DNA from: an uncultured Bacilli bacterium
GTDB taxonomy: Bacteria > Bacillota_I > Bacilli_A > RF39 > UBA660
Assembly (NCBI GenBank): GCA_947626095.1
Contig: CANQQV010000004.1
Coordinates: 65,934-129,933, forward strand
Direction of reading: 5' to 3'
DNA: 64,000 nucleotides
This document shows positions 1-9,525 of this stretch, in pieces (within the stretch, counting starts at the first letter, position 1; each line of letters starts with the position of its first letter). Made by a program: the position numbers and the translations under genes. The notes under the pieces are model-generated. The model was not told the origin of the DNA. It saw only the letters and a list, made by a program, of their open reading frames with translations, and searched no databases.

Positions 1-684
1 GAACGCGCTTATTTATTCTTAGGTGACCCTAACGATATCTACCAAAGAATCGAAGGGTTGTTGCTACATTTAAATGGTGTCATATGCTTAGAAACTAGAG
101 ATAAAGAAGATCGTCAAATCGCCTATAAACGTGCAATTGAACTACTTAAAATGAAAAAGAACTTATTAATTTTTCCCGAAGGTGCCTGGAATGTTTCAGC
201 AAATTTACCTGTTATGAAATTATTCAATGGTACAACTCGTATGGCCCTTGAAACGGGTGCCGAGATTGTTCCAATGGCTTTAGAGCAATATGATAAAACT
301 TTCTACGTAAATATTGGCGAAAATTTATCGTTCTCCCAATCTTCAGCAATCACAGTAAACGATTATACATCAATTCTTCGTGATGCTCTAGCTACTTTAA
401 AATGGGAAATATGGGAAAAATATGGTCAATGTCATCGTGAAGATATTCCTGAGCATTATGAAGATTCATTTGTTACAAGTATAATGAACCGTTCTGATTA
501 TGCATACGATGTTAACGATATTTATGAAACATTATATGTTGATAAAAAAATAACTCGTCCTGAAGATGTATGGTCTGGCATTTCAGAAATCGAAAAAATC
601 ACTAAAGATAACGCCGACGCCGTAGCTTATGCACATCATTTAGTTAAAGAAAGAACATCAGGTATCTATAAATATAAATTTTAG
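1..684 (+). CDS. PlsC-type lysophospholipid acyltransferase, 5'-truncated by the window edge
   Basis: Frame is open from base 1; motifs LLIFPEG, GTTRMALETGAEIVPM. Confidence 0.8.
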   Translation, partial: ERAYLFLGDPNDIYQRIEGLLLHLNGVICLETRDKEDRQIAYKRAIELLKMKKNLLIFPEGAWNVSANLPVMKLFNGTTRMALETGAEIVPMALEQYDKTFYVNIGENLSFSQSSAITVNDYTSILRDALATLKWEIWEKYGQCHREDIPEHYEDSFVTSIMNRSDYAYDVNDIYETLYVDKKITRPEDVWSGISEIEKITKDNADAVAYAHHLVKERTSGIYKYKF

Positions 685-705
685 AACATTTCTTATGTTC
701 TTTTT
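683..705 (+). terminator. Intrinsic terminator
   Basis: AGAACAT/ATGTTCT stem followed by T-tract right after the stop codon. Confidence 0.6.
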
Positions 706-756
706 AATTGAAAAAAAAAACTATTAGTGATAACCTTATAATAGAGGTGAAATGCA

Positions 757-2658
757 ATGAGCGATATCCTATTAACCTTTGCATCACTAGCAATAACAAT
801 AGTTCTCATTACAATTTTTATTGTTAAAAAGAGTAGTAACAATATCGAAACAAAAATTTACATTCGTATGCTAATACTAAATGTAATATTTTGCCTAACT
901 TGTATTGCAACATTTTATATTGCAAAGTTAAATAAAGATGTTTTTTTAATCGCAATCTTTCAAAAAACATTTATGGTTGAATTGATATTTTTAACTATTT
1001 GCATGCTCATATACAATATTTATTTATTAAAAATTAAAGAAAATACCAAAAAAATATTTTCTTATGCCTTATTTTTATTTGGAACATTTATCGCAGTTGC
1101 TACATATATTGCTCCATTGACAGTTATAAATACCAAAGATCTTTTAGATGGATATGGCGTATCCTACGATATTGTATATACAGCAATCATTATTCTCTTT
1201 TTAATAATCGTTTTTACTTGTATCAAACGAATAATTGAAGAAAAAAAGCTAATAAAAAATATTCCATCATTTGTTTTAATAACTTTATTTGTAATAGGCT
1301 TTTTCATTAGAGAAATGTTCCCATCTGTTATGTTTGAATGTTTCTTCTATTCATATGTTCTTCTAATTATGTATTTCACCATTGAAAATCCTGATATAAA
1401 AATGCTCGAACAAATATCTTTAGCTAAAGATCAGGCCGAAAAAGCAAACGCAGCAAAAACTGACTTTTTATCAAGCATGTCTCATGAAATAAGAACTCCA
1501 TTAAATGCTATAGTTGGTTTTAGTGAAGCGATTAAAGAAGAAGATACATTAGAAGCTGCTAAGCAAGATGCTAGCGATATCATCCTAGCTTCCCAAAATT
1601 TGCTAGAAATAGTTAATGGTATTCTTGATATATCTAAGATCGAAGCAAATAAAATGGAAATTGTTAATTCTGAATATAATCTTGCTGAAGAATGCAAGCT
1701 CCTAGCAAAATTAGTTAAACCTCGTATTGGTGAGAAACCAATTGAATTAATATCAAATATCGCCAAAGACATTCCTAAAACTCTATATGGTGATAAATCC
1801 AAGATAAGAGAAATATTAAGTAATTTACTTACTAATGCCGTAAAATATACTGAAACTGGGACAATTGAATTCAATGTAAGTTGTATTAATAAAAATGATG
1901 AATGTTCACTTGTTTTTTCAGTCGAAGATACAGGTCGTGGTATTAAACCAGAAAAAATAGATAAATTATTTACTAAATTTGAAAGATTAGATGAAGATCG
2001 TAATACAACAATTGAAGGAGCAGGATTAGGTCTTGCTATAACTAAAAGTCTAGTTGAAATGATGGGTGGTAAAATAATTGTTCAATCAGTCTTTGGTAGC
2101 GGTTCTAAATTTACTGTTTATTTAAAGCAAAAAATTGTTCCTGAAAAGAGATATCATCTAAACAATGATTTTACCAAAGAATCATTAAATCTTTCCGGTA
2201 AACGTGTTTTAATCGTTGATGATAATAATTTAAATATTAAAGTAGCTGATCGGTTACTAAAAAAATATAATCTTATCGTTGATTCATGTGAGAGTGGTCG
2301 TGAATGTCTTGAAAGAATTCAAGAAGGTGAAATATATGATTTAATTCTCATGGATGATATGATGCCTAAAATGAGTGGTACTGAAACCCTTCACTTATTA
2401 AAAGAAATTCCATCTTTTAAAGCAAGAGTAGTCGCCTTAACTGCTAATGCTATAGAAGGTATGAAAGAAAAATATATTACTGCTGGTTTTGACGATTATC
2501 TATCAAAGCCTATGGATAATAAAGAATTAGAACGAGTACTAAGAAAGTTCTTAAACAAAGAATATAATAATTCATCTTTTGAACCATTACCAGATGACTT
2601 CTACGAAATAAGTGAAACAGCTATTATTAACATTAATAATATTGATAAAGAAAAATAA
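757..2658 (+). CDS. Membrane-bound hybrid histidine kinase with C-terminal receiver domain
   Basis: About 7 N-terminal TM segments; H-box FLSSMSHEIRTPLNAI; N box NLLTNAVKYT; G boxes DTGRGI and GAGLGL; receiver motifs VDDN, MDDMMP, TANA, SKP. Confidence 0.93.
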   Translation: MSDILLTFASLAITIVLITIFIVKKSSNNIETKIYIRMLILNVIFCLTCIATFYIAKLNKDVFLIAIFQKTFMVELIFLTICMLIYNIYLLKIKENTKKIFSYALFLFGTFIAVATYIAPLTVINTKDLLDGYGVSYDIVYTAIIILFLIIVFTCIKRIIEEKKLIKNIPSFVLITLFVIGFFIREMFPSVMFECFFYSYVLLIMYFTIENPDIKMLEQISLAKDQAEKANAAKTDFLSSMSHEIRTPLNAIVGFSEAIKEEDTLEAAKQDASDIILASQNLLEIVNGILDISKIEANKMEIVNSEYNLAEECKLLAKLVKPRIGEKPIELISNIAKDIPKTLYGDKSKIREILSNLLTNAVKYTETGTIEFNVSCINKNDECSLVFSVEDTGRGIKPEKIDKLFTKFERLDEDRNTTIEGAGLGLAITKSLVEMMGGKIIVQSVFGSGSKFTVYLKQKIVPEKRYHLNNDFTKESLNLSGKRVLIVDDNNLNIKVADRLLKKYNLIVDSCESGRECLERIQEGEIYDLILMDDMMPKMSGTETLHLLKEIPSFKARVVALTANAIEGMKEKYITAGFDDYLSKPMDNKELERVLRKFLNKEYNNSSFEPLPDDFYEISETAIININNIDKEK

Positions 2659-2685
2659 AACATGCTCGGTAAAAGCATGTTTTTA
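2656..2685. terminator. Bidirectional intrinsic terminator between convergent genes
   Basis: AAAACATGCT...AGCATGTTTT inverted repeat. Confidence 0.75.
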
Positions 2686-3597
2686 TATATTCTCCAAATA
2701 TTTTTTATTTATATATTTGTTAATAAAATCATCTTTAATTTCAATATATTCAATCGATAACATATAATAATCATTATTTAGATTATCTTTCGTCTTATTA
2801 AATTTATTTTCTAAAATATCTAGCTTTTTGCTGATTTTCTTATAAGTGTTTTTTCCTAATACTTTATCAAATTCTTTTTCTAAAATATTATGCGTAAACA
2901 AAATATTCTTTTTAAGTAATTCTTGTATTTCAGAATAGTTATATAAAGGTCTGAATAAATTCACTAAAATATCTAAACCTTCAATTTTATATGTATCCAA
3001 ATCAATATTTTTAAATTTTTGTAAAATATTATTAAACTTTTTATTTTTAATATTTAATTCTCTTAATCTTAATATATTTTTAATTATATCTTCAACGAAT
3101 AATAAATTAAATATTTTATCAATTGTATAATTATTGTTATCAATAAGACCAGTTTTATAATAATCGTATCTAATTTTTATTTTATCAGTTAAAGAATATT
3201 TTTTATTTTTATTAAATAAAATTAAATTTAATTCATAAGTTAAATATTCTAATGTTTTAATAAATGAATTATCGATTTTTCTAAATAATAACTCGTTTTG
3301 AATGTTAATTGTCGGAAAATCATAAGATAAATCTAACCACTTCGTTTTATAATTGTTATTTGTCGGATTAATATAATAGTTTAATTTATTAAATGCTCCA
3401 TGATAGTTAAAATTAGTGCAAGTAATAACCGAATATATATCGTCAATAAAATCATCACCATATTTAAGAATCATTCCTGTTGTTATTAAATATAAATAGT
3501 CGTGCAATTCTTGCGGATAATCTTTTTTATCTAGTAAAGCGTCTAAAGTGAAGGTGACATGATTAACTAAAGTATTAATATTTATCTTTTCATTCAT
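2683..3597 (-). CDS. Hypothetical protein, possibly a degenerate HExxH metallopeptidase-like fold
   Basis: 304-aa ORF with GGAG RBS; LEYLTYELNLIL resembles an eroded HELNH motif. Confidence 0.6.
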   Translation of the reverse strand: MNEKININTLVNHVTFTLDALLDKKDYPQELHDYLYLITTGMILKYGDDFIDDIYSVITCTNFNYHGAFNKLNYYINPTNNNYKTKWLDLSYDFPTINIQNELLFRKIDNSFIKTLEYLTYELNLILFNKNKKYSLTDKIKIRYDYYKTGLIDNNNYTIDKIFNLLFVEDIIKNILRLRELNIKNKKFNNILQKFKNIDLDTYKIEGLDILVNLFRPLYNYSEIQELLKKNILFTHNILEKEFDKVLGKNTYKKISKKLDILENKFNKTKDNLNNDYYMLSIEYIEIKDDFINKYINKKYLENI

Positions 3598-3799
3598 GAT
3601 ATTTCCTCCCTGTTGCCGTGTATACTAGCACTCATAATTTAAAAAAGCAAATTTAACTTAAATTTAAAAAATAAAATAATTAACTAAAAAAACATAGAAC
3701 TTAACACATTTATTTAATAAAAATAAATAATATCGAAAAATAATTAAAAATATATGCTATAATATAGAAGAAAATAGATAATAGAAAGATGGTGTAGCC

Positions 3800-5221
3800 A
3801 TGGCAGGATGGGATTTTACGGCTGATAGTGATATTCAAAAAAAACTTGCTAAAAATCTAAATGATGGAGCCGATAATTTTGATACCAGAATAGGAGAAAT
3901 GTATAGTGAGATAGATTCACTAAGTACACATTGGGTAGGCGAGGATTATGACGCCTTTAAAACAGGGACAGAAGGATATAAGACTGCTTTACAAGATTTA
4001 TCTAACGGAATAAGAATGTTTAGTAAACATTTTGATTCGATAGCAGAAGGTACTGAAGCCTTAGCAACAGATTTAATAACTACTATCTTAAATGCAACCA
4101 GTGGTGCTTCATCTGCTGGTAGTGGTACTGGTGCAACCGCAAATACTGGTGCAACACCAACTTCTGCAGGTAATGTCACAGCTGGAGCAAGTGGCAATGA
4201 AGAAACAGCCAATCTCGATCCAACAAGTAACGAGGCACCTGTTTCTCAGATATCTGATCCAGATTCAAATGCGCCAGCAGTAACTGAAAATCCATTATCC
4301 GCCGATAATGGCAATTCCGAAAACTCAAATACTGGAGACTCTGCATTAGAAGATGCTTCTTTAGTTGTTCCTTTAGAAGATTCTAATGCAAGTGCAAATA
4401 TTGAAGCTCCTGGTTCTGAATATAATATAACAACTGATAAAAAGGATATAAATGTTAATAATATCGCAAGTGGTAGTAGAGTTGCTTCCGCTTTAGATAA
4501 TTATTCTGCTGAGTTAGATAATGCTGAATATGCTAAGGTAAATGAAAATATCTTCATGACCATTACACCAACCGAAGTCGAAGGTAATAGTTGTTATCTA
4601 ACTCATGTTGTAGTAAACAATCCTAACCAAATATTTGGTGAACCAGCAAACGGTCAATATGCAAGTGGCCTTGAAACCGCTACAAGTGCCGCAAAAAGAT
4701 TAGGAACAAATACAGCCTTAGTTTTAAATGGTAGTCATTTTTCCTATGCTGATGGTAGTGAAGACTTAAAAGGTGCTAACCACATAGTTATTGTTAATGG
4801 TGAAATCAAAACTAATGGTAATGCCGGTGGTATGGAAATATGTTTAGATCGTAACGGTAATTTATTTAATCCTCCAGCTGGCGCATCAGCTCAAGACTTA
4901 ATTGATAGAGGTGTAGTTTATACTTTCTCAAGTCACGATTCTCATTTAATAACTGATGGTAATAAAACATATGAACACCAAGATGAAGCTTATAATAGTA
5001 CTGTAATCGGCCAAAAATCAGCTTGTGATTATTATATCTTAACTGGACCAACCTCTAATTTTGGGGCGGCTGACTATCTTTATGATAAAGGTTGTACATT
5101 TGCTAAGAGTATGGACCAAGGTGGAAGTGTATCTCTAGTTTATAATGGTCAATTAATAAATACACCAACTGATGATAGTGGTGAAAGAGCAATTGGGGAT
5201 TTCCTTTGTATAACATCTTAA
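3800..5221 (+). CDS. WXG100-like N-terminal domain + low-complexity linker + phosphodiester glycosidase (NAGPA/DUF2233-like) domain
   Basis: About 100-aa helical N-terminus with central W-V-G; Ser/Ala/Gly/Thr/Asn-rich linker; C-terminal LNGSHF, STVIG, MDQGGS...LINTP...ERAIGD. Confidence 0.7.
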   Translation: MAGWDFTADSDIQKKLAKNLNDGADNFDTRIGEMYSEIDSLSTHWVGEDYDAFKTGTEGYKTALQDLSNGIRMFSKHFDSIAEGTEALATDLITTILNATSGASSAGSGTGATANTGATPTSAGNVTAGASGNEETANLDPTSNEAPVSQISDPDSNAPAVTENPLSADNGNSENSNTGDSALEDASLVVPLEDSNASANIEAPGSEYNITTDKKDINVNNIASGSRVASALDNYSAELDNAEYAKVNENIFMTITPTEVEGNSCYLTHVVVNNPNQIFGEPANGQYASGLETATSAAKRLGTNTALVLNGSHFSYADGSEDLKGANHIVIVNGEIKTNGNAGGMEICLDRNGNLFNPPAGASAQDLIDRGVVYTFSSHDSHLITDGNKTYEHQDEAYNSTVIGQKSACDYYILTGPTSNFGAADYLYDKGCTFAKSMDQGGSVSLVYNGQLINTPTDDSGERAIGDFLCITS

Positions 5222-5253
5222 AACTACATGAGACATAAAACATGTAGTTTTTT
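5220..5253 (+). terminator. Intrinsic terminator
   Basis: AAAACTACATG...CATGTAGTTTT plus T-tract. Confidence 0.75.
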
Positions 5254-5364
5254 ATTAAACTAATATTTTGGCTAAATATAAATATAATTCTTGTTTTACA
5301 TACTTTGAATTTATACTAGTCAAAAATCTTGAATATTATAGTATAATTATAATAGGTGATATTA

Positions 5365-6450
5365 ATGAAAATTATCGTCTCAGCTGGAGGAACAGGAGGG
5401 CATATCTATCCTGCCTTAGCTATAATTAATAAATTTCAAGAACATGAAAAAAATCTCGAAGTCTTATATATTGGTACTCATAATCGTATGGAAAAAGATC
5501 TTATTCCTAAACGAGGAATAAAATATGAACCAATTGAAATATATGGTTTTTCCAAAAAAGATTTGTTGTTAGATTTTAAAAATATCTTTTTAATTAAAAA
5601 AGCTGAAAAAAGATGCCTAAAGTTAATGCAAGATTTTAAACCCGATTTAGTACTAGGAATCGGTGGATACGTAACATATCCCGTTATTAAAGCTGCTCAT
5701 AAATTAGGCATTAAAACTTTTATTCATGAACAAAATAGTATTCCTGGTAAATCCAATTTAGCTTTACAAAATAAAGTTGATTTAATTGGTGTTTCCTTTA
5801 AAGAAACTATTAATAAATTTACTAAAGCTCAAGGCAAAGTTTTTTATTCTGGTAATCCTTGTGGTGAAAATGCTTTATCACTAGAACCAATGGATAAAAC
5901 AACTTTAGGTTTTAAAAAGAATAAAAAATTAGTTGTCATAGTTGCAGGAAGCTTAGGATCTGCCACTGTTAATGAGAAAATGACTGAGTTTTTAGCTAAA
6001 GTCGAAAACGAAGATTACGAAGTTTTATATATAACTGGCAAAGATCTATATGATGAATTCGTTAAAGATAAAAATTTTCCTACGAATGTTAAAGTTTTAC
6101 CATATTTAGATAATTTACCAGCTCTTCTTAAAAATACTGATTTAATAGTTACTAGAGCTGGTGCCTCAACAATGAGTGAAATATTATCTTTGAACTTACC
6201 AGCTATCTTTATTCCATCACCATATGTTGCTAATAATCACCAGTATTATAACGCATTGGAAATCAAAAATAATGGTGGTGGCGAAATCATTGAAGAAAAA
6301 GATTTGACTTCTTCTAAATTGCTCAGTACAATTAATGATGTGCTTAAAAACTCAACTAAATATGCTGAGATGCGTCATAATTTAGCTAAAATGAGTATGA
6401 ATAATAGCAGTGATTTAATCTATAAAAAACTAAAGGATTTGATAAAATGA
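5365..6450 (+). CDS. murG: Undecaprenyldiphospho-muramoylpentapeptide beta-N-acetylglucosaminyltransferase
   Basis: GGTGGHIYPALA, GGYV, HEQN, GNP, GSLG, RAGAST, HQYYNA; start moved to ATG 5365 after AGGTGA RBS. Confidence 0.96.
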   Translation: MKIIVSAGGTGGHIYPALAIINKFQEHEKNLEVLYIGTHNRMEKDLIPKRGIKYEPIEIYGFSKKDLLLDFKNIFLIKKAEKRCLKLMQDFKPDLVLGIGGYVTYPVIKAAHKLGIKTFIHEQNSIPGKSNLALQNKVDLIGVSFKETINKFTKAQGKVFYSGNPCGENALSLEPMDKTTLGFKKNKKLVVIVAGSLGSATVNEKMTEFLAKVENEDYEVLYITGKDLYDEFVKDKNFPTNVKVLPYLDNLPALLKNTDLIVTRAGASTMSEILSLNLPAIFIPSPYVANNHQYYNALEIKNNGGGEIIEEKDLTSSKLLSTINDVLKNSTKYAEMRHNLAKMSMNNSSDLIYKKLKDLIK

Positions 6451-7343
6451 TCGAAGAATTAACAAAATATGGTACTGTTGAAGAACATGCTACCTTAAAA
6501 AATTTAAATACTTATCATATTGGCAGTACTACAAGATATCTTATTTCACCTAATTCAGTTCAAGATTTAATAAGTATTTTAAAACTTTTAAAAGAAAACA
6601 ATATTAAATATTTTATTCTTGGTAATGGTTCTAATATCATTCTAAATGATCGTGAATATGCTGGTGCAGTTATTCGTTTAAATAATTTAAATGGTTTAGA
6701 GATTCAAGAGGATAAAAACTTAACATATGCGGAAGCAGGTGTTATGTTACCAACTCTGGTTAAAGAAGTTATTAATCGCTCTTTAACTGGTCTAGAATTT
6801 GCTGCTGGCATCCCCGGTACCATCGGTGGGGCAATATACGGTAATGCTGGAGCTTATAACTCATGCATTATGGATTATGTCGAATCAGTAACAGTTTTAG
6901 ATGAAAACTTTGAAATTCAAACTATTGAACATGAAGATATTACTTATAGTTATCGTACTAGTATGTTTAAAGAAACTAAAAAATATATTATCATCGCTGC
7001 TAAATTCTTCTTAAAAAAGGGTGATAAACAAAGCTCATTAGAATTAGTTGAAGAACGTCAAAAAAGACGTGTTGAAACTCAACCATTAGAATATGCCTCA
7101 GCCGGTTCTGTCTTCCGTAATCCTGAAGGTGACTTTGCTGGTCGTTTAATCGAATCATCTGGTTTAAAAGGTTATAAAATCGGTGGCGCTGAAGTATCAG
7201 AAAAACACGCTAATTTTATTATCAATAAAGGTAATGCTACTAGCAAAGACGTTTATAAACTAATTAATTATGTCCATGATACCGTTTTAGAAAAAACAAA
7301 AGTTGATTTATTAATCGAACAAGAATTTATAGATTGGGAGTAA
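6447..7343 (+). CDS. murB: UDP-N-acetylenolpyruvoylglucosamine reductase
   Basis: GNGSN, GLEFAAGIPGTIGGA, SAGSVFRNP, SEKHANF. Confidence 0.96.
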   Translation: MIEELTKYGTVEEHATLKNLNTYHIGSTTRYLISPNSVQDLISILKLLKENNIKYFILGNGSNIILNDREYAGAVIRLNNLNGLEIQEDKNLTYAEAGVMLPTLVKEVINRSLTGLEFAAGIPGTIGGAIYGNAGAYNSCIMDYVESVTVLDENFEIQTIEHEDITYSYRTSMFKETKKYIIIAAKFFLKKGDKQSSLELVEERQKRRVETQPLEYASAGSVFRNPEGDFAGRLIESSGLKGYKIGGAEVSEKHANFIINKGNATSKDVYKLINYVHDTVLEKTKVDLLIEQEFIDWE

Positions 7344-7347
7344 TAAT

Positions 7348-8151
7348 ATGGGAAAAAAAGTCCAACAACCAAAGCCTAAAAAAAGAAGACGTTTACGTGT
7401 CAAATTCCTTTTAAAGTTATTGGCTTTTATCTGCCTAATTGTTGGAATAATTCTCTATTTAAAAAACTACCATATTACTAATATTTATATAACTGGCAAT
7501 GATACAATTCCTGATGTTAAAATAATTGAAACCTTAGAAATTAAAGACTATCCTAAAATGTCTAAATTAAAAGTCAAAAAAGCTCAAAATAATTTATTAG
7601 AACAGAATCCTATAATTGAAAAAGTTTCGATTAAAAGAGGTTTATTTGGTAAACTAAGTATTAATATTGAAGAATCTAAAATCTTATTTTATTACAAATA
7701 TAATAATAAGTATATAACTACCTCTGGTAAATCAATTGATGATGTCAATAATGAATATTATGGTTATCCATCCTTACTTAATTTTACCCCTGATACGATT
7801 TTTGAAGATCTATTAAAAGGTTTAAACAAGGTTGACTATAATATTATTAAGATGATAAATGAAATTGAATATAATCCCTATAAAGGTAGTGATGGTACAA
7901 TAATCGATAATAATCGTTTTACCTTAAAAATGAATGATGGTAATACTGTAATCATCGATATTGTTAATATTAAAAACTTAAATTCTTATAATAAAATTTA
8001 TGCTTCATTATCCATGGATCAAGAAAAAGGAGTTTTATATCTTGATACCATAACCGAAGATAATATTTATTTTAAAAGTTATGATACAATAGCTAAAGAA
8101 GAAGAGGAAGCTGCGGCTAAAGAACAAGAAGAAAAAACTGAAGAAGAGTAG
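7348..8151 (+). CDS. divIB: Cell division protein FtsQ/DivIB
   Basis: Basic N-terminus, single TM, POTRA-like segment (ITNIYITGN...IEKVSIKR); follows murG-murB. Confidence 0.8.
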   Translation: MGKKVQQPKPKKRRRLRVKFLLKLLAFICLIVGIILYLKNYHITNIYITGNDTIPDVKIIETLEIKDYPKMSKLKVKKAQNNLLEQNPIIEKVSIKRGLFGKLSINIEESKILFYYKYNNKYITTSGKSIDDVNNEYYGYPSLLNFTPDTIFEDLLKGLNKVDYNIIKMINEIEYNPYKGSDGTIIDNNRFTLKMNDGNTVIIDIVNIKNLNSYNKIYASLSMDQEKGVLYLDTITEDNIYFKSYDTIAKEEEEAAAKEQEEKTEEE

Positions 8152-8158
8152 TGATTAT

Positions 8159-8797
8159 ATGAATTATGACAAAATAATGCATGAAACAATTACTAAAATT
8201 AAAGAAGATAAGGTTATCCCTCGTCTTCTTTTGCATAGTTGTTGTGCTCCATGTTCATCTCACGTTATTGATACCTTAACCCCATATTTTAATATAACTA
8301 TTTTTTATTATAATCCTAATATTGAACCATTTGCTGAATATGAAAAAAGAAAAGAGGAAGAAATTCGTTTTCTAAAAGAATATCCAGCTCAAAATAAGCT
8401 AGATATTATCGATTGTGATTATGATAACGACTTATATCATGAAGCCATCAAAGGTTTAGAAAACCTAGGTGAAAGAAGTCCAAGATGTCATAAATGTTAT
8501 TATCTGCGTCTTGAAAAAACTGCTCTTAAAGCGAAAGAACTAGGTTATGATTACTTTGGTACTACTTTAACTGTTAGTCCCTACAAAGATAGTCAAAAAC
8601 TAAATGAAATAGGGGAGTTTCTAAGTACTAAATATCACGTTAACTATTTATATTCCGATTTTAAGAAAAATAATGGTTACTTACATAGTATCGAACTTGC
8701 AAAAAAATATAATTTATATCGTCAAGATTATTGTGGTTGTATCTATTCTAAAGCCGAAAGAGAATTCCAAAAGAAACAAAAAAGTACGGAAACTTAA
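8159..8797 (+). CDS. queH: Epoxyqueuosine reductase QueH
   Basis: LLLHSCCAPCS, YNPNI, RCHKCYYLRL, TTLTVSPYK, YRQDYCGCIYS. Confidence 0.92.
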   Translation: MNYDKIMHETITKIKEDKVIPRLLLHSCCAPCSSHVIDTLTPYFNITIFYYNPNIEPFAEYEKRKEEEIRFLKEYPAQNKLDIIDCDYDNDLYHEAIKGLENLGERSPRCHKCYYLRLEKTALKAKELGYDYFGTTLTVSPYKDSQKLNEIGEFLSTKYHVNYLYSDFKKNNGYLHSIELAKKYNLYRQDYCGCIYSKAEREFQKKQKSTET

Positions 8798-8810
8798 TTT
8801 CGTACTTTTT
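8779..8810. terminator. Bidirectional terminator queH/gatD
   Basis: AAAAAGTACGGAA...TTTCGTACTTTTT. Confidence 0.7.
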
Positions 8811-9525
8811 ACTTTGTATAAAAATTATTTATATATTCTTGATAAGCTTTATAAGCCGGTTCACTTAAATCAGCTTTTTTATAAGTAATTGCTAAATATT
8901 TACATATTTCCTTAACTAAATAATCAGTAAAATATGGATTTCTTACTAATAGTGGTCCAATTAAATAAGTACCATAAAAGTTATTATAATGAATTCCTTC
9001 ATTTTTTTCTTTAGGATTATATCCCGTACCATCAATTACTTGAAATAAACTTTCACTAGCGTTATTTAACACACTATTTCGATTTTGAAAACCAATAATC
9101 TTTTTATCGATAAGTGAACATTCATAATACTGTGGACCAACTGTTCTAAACTCTTCTTCAACCGCCTCATAAGTAAATGCACTAAGACATTTCAATACTT
9201 TATCTCCTTTAGTTAAAGATTGTCCAAATAAATCAATCGCATTACCAGTAATTAAGAAAAATTTATTCTTATTAATTGCTTCAATAACTTTATCTTTATA
9301 TTTTATTAAATTATTTAAGACAATTTCTTGATTTTCTAAACTGCCCATTCCAATATAATAAAAATCATACTTATCAAAATCTATTTTATCTTCAATACTT
9401 AAGAAATGAATTTCTGGTTCAATATCTTGCTGTTCTAATTTCTTCTTTAAAAACCTAATATTTCCATTCTCACCATATAGATTCATTAAATCATAATACA
9501 AATGAGCTATCTTAAACTTTTTCAT
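8809..9525 (-). CDS. gatD: Lipid II isoglutaminyl synthase glutaminase subunit
   Basis: AHLYYDLMNLYGENGN, GTYLIGPLLVRNP; coupled to murT. The usual catalytic Cys/His positions look substituted (ITGNAIDLFG, YLIGP). Confidence 0.82.
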   Translation of the reverse strand: MKKFKIAHLYYDLMNLYGENGNIRFLKKKLEQQDIEPEIHFLSIEDKIDFDKYDFYYIGMGSLENQEIVLNNLIKYKDKVIEAINKNKFFLITGNAIDLFGQSLTKGDKVLKCLSAFTYEAVEEEFRTVGPQYYECSLIDKKIIGFQNRNSVLNNASESLFQVIDGTGYNPKEKNEGIHYNNFYGTYLIGPLLVRNPYFTDYLVKEICKYLAITYKKADLSEPAYKAYQEYINNFYTK

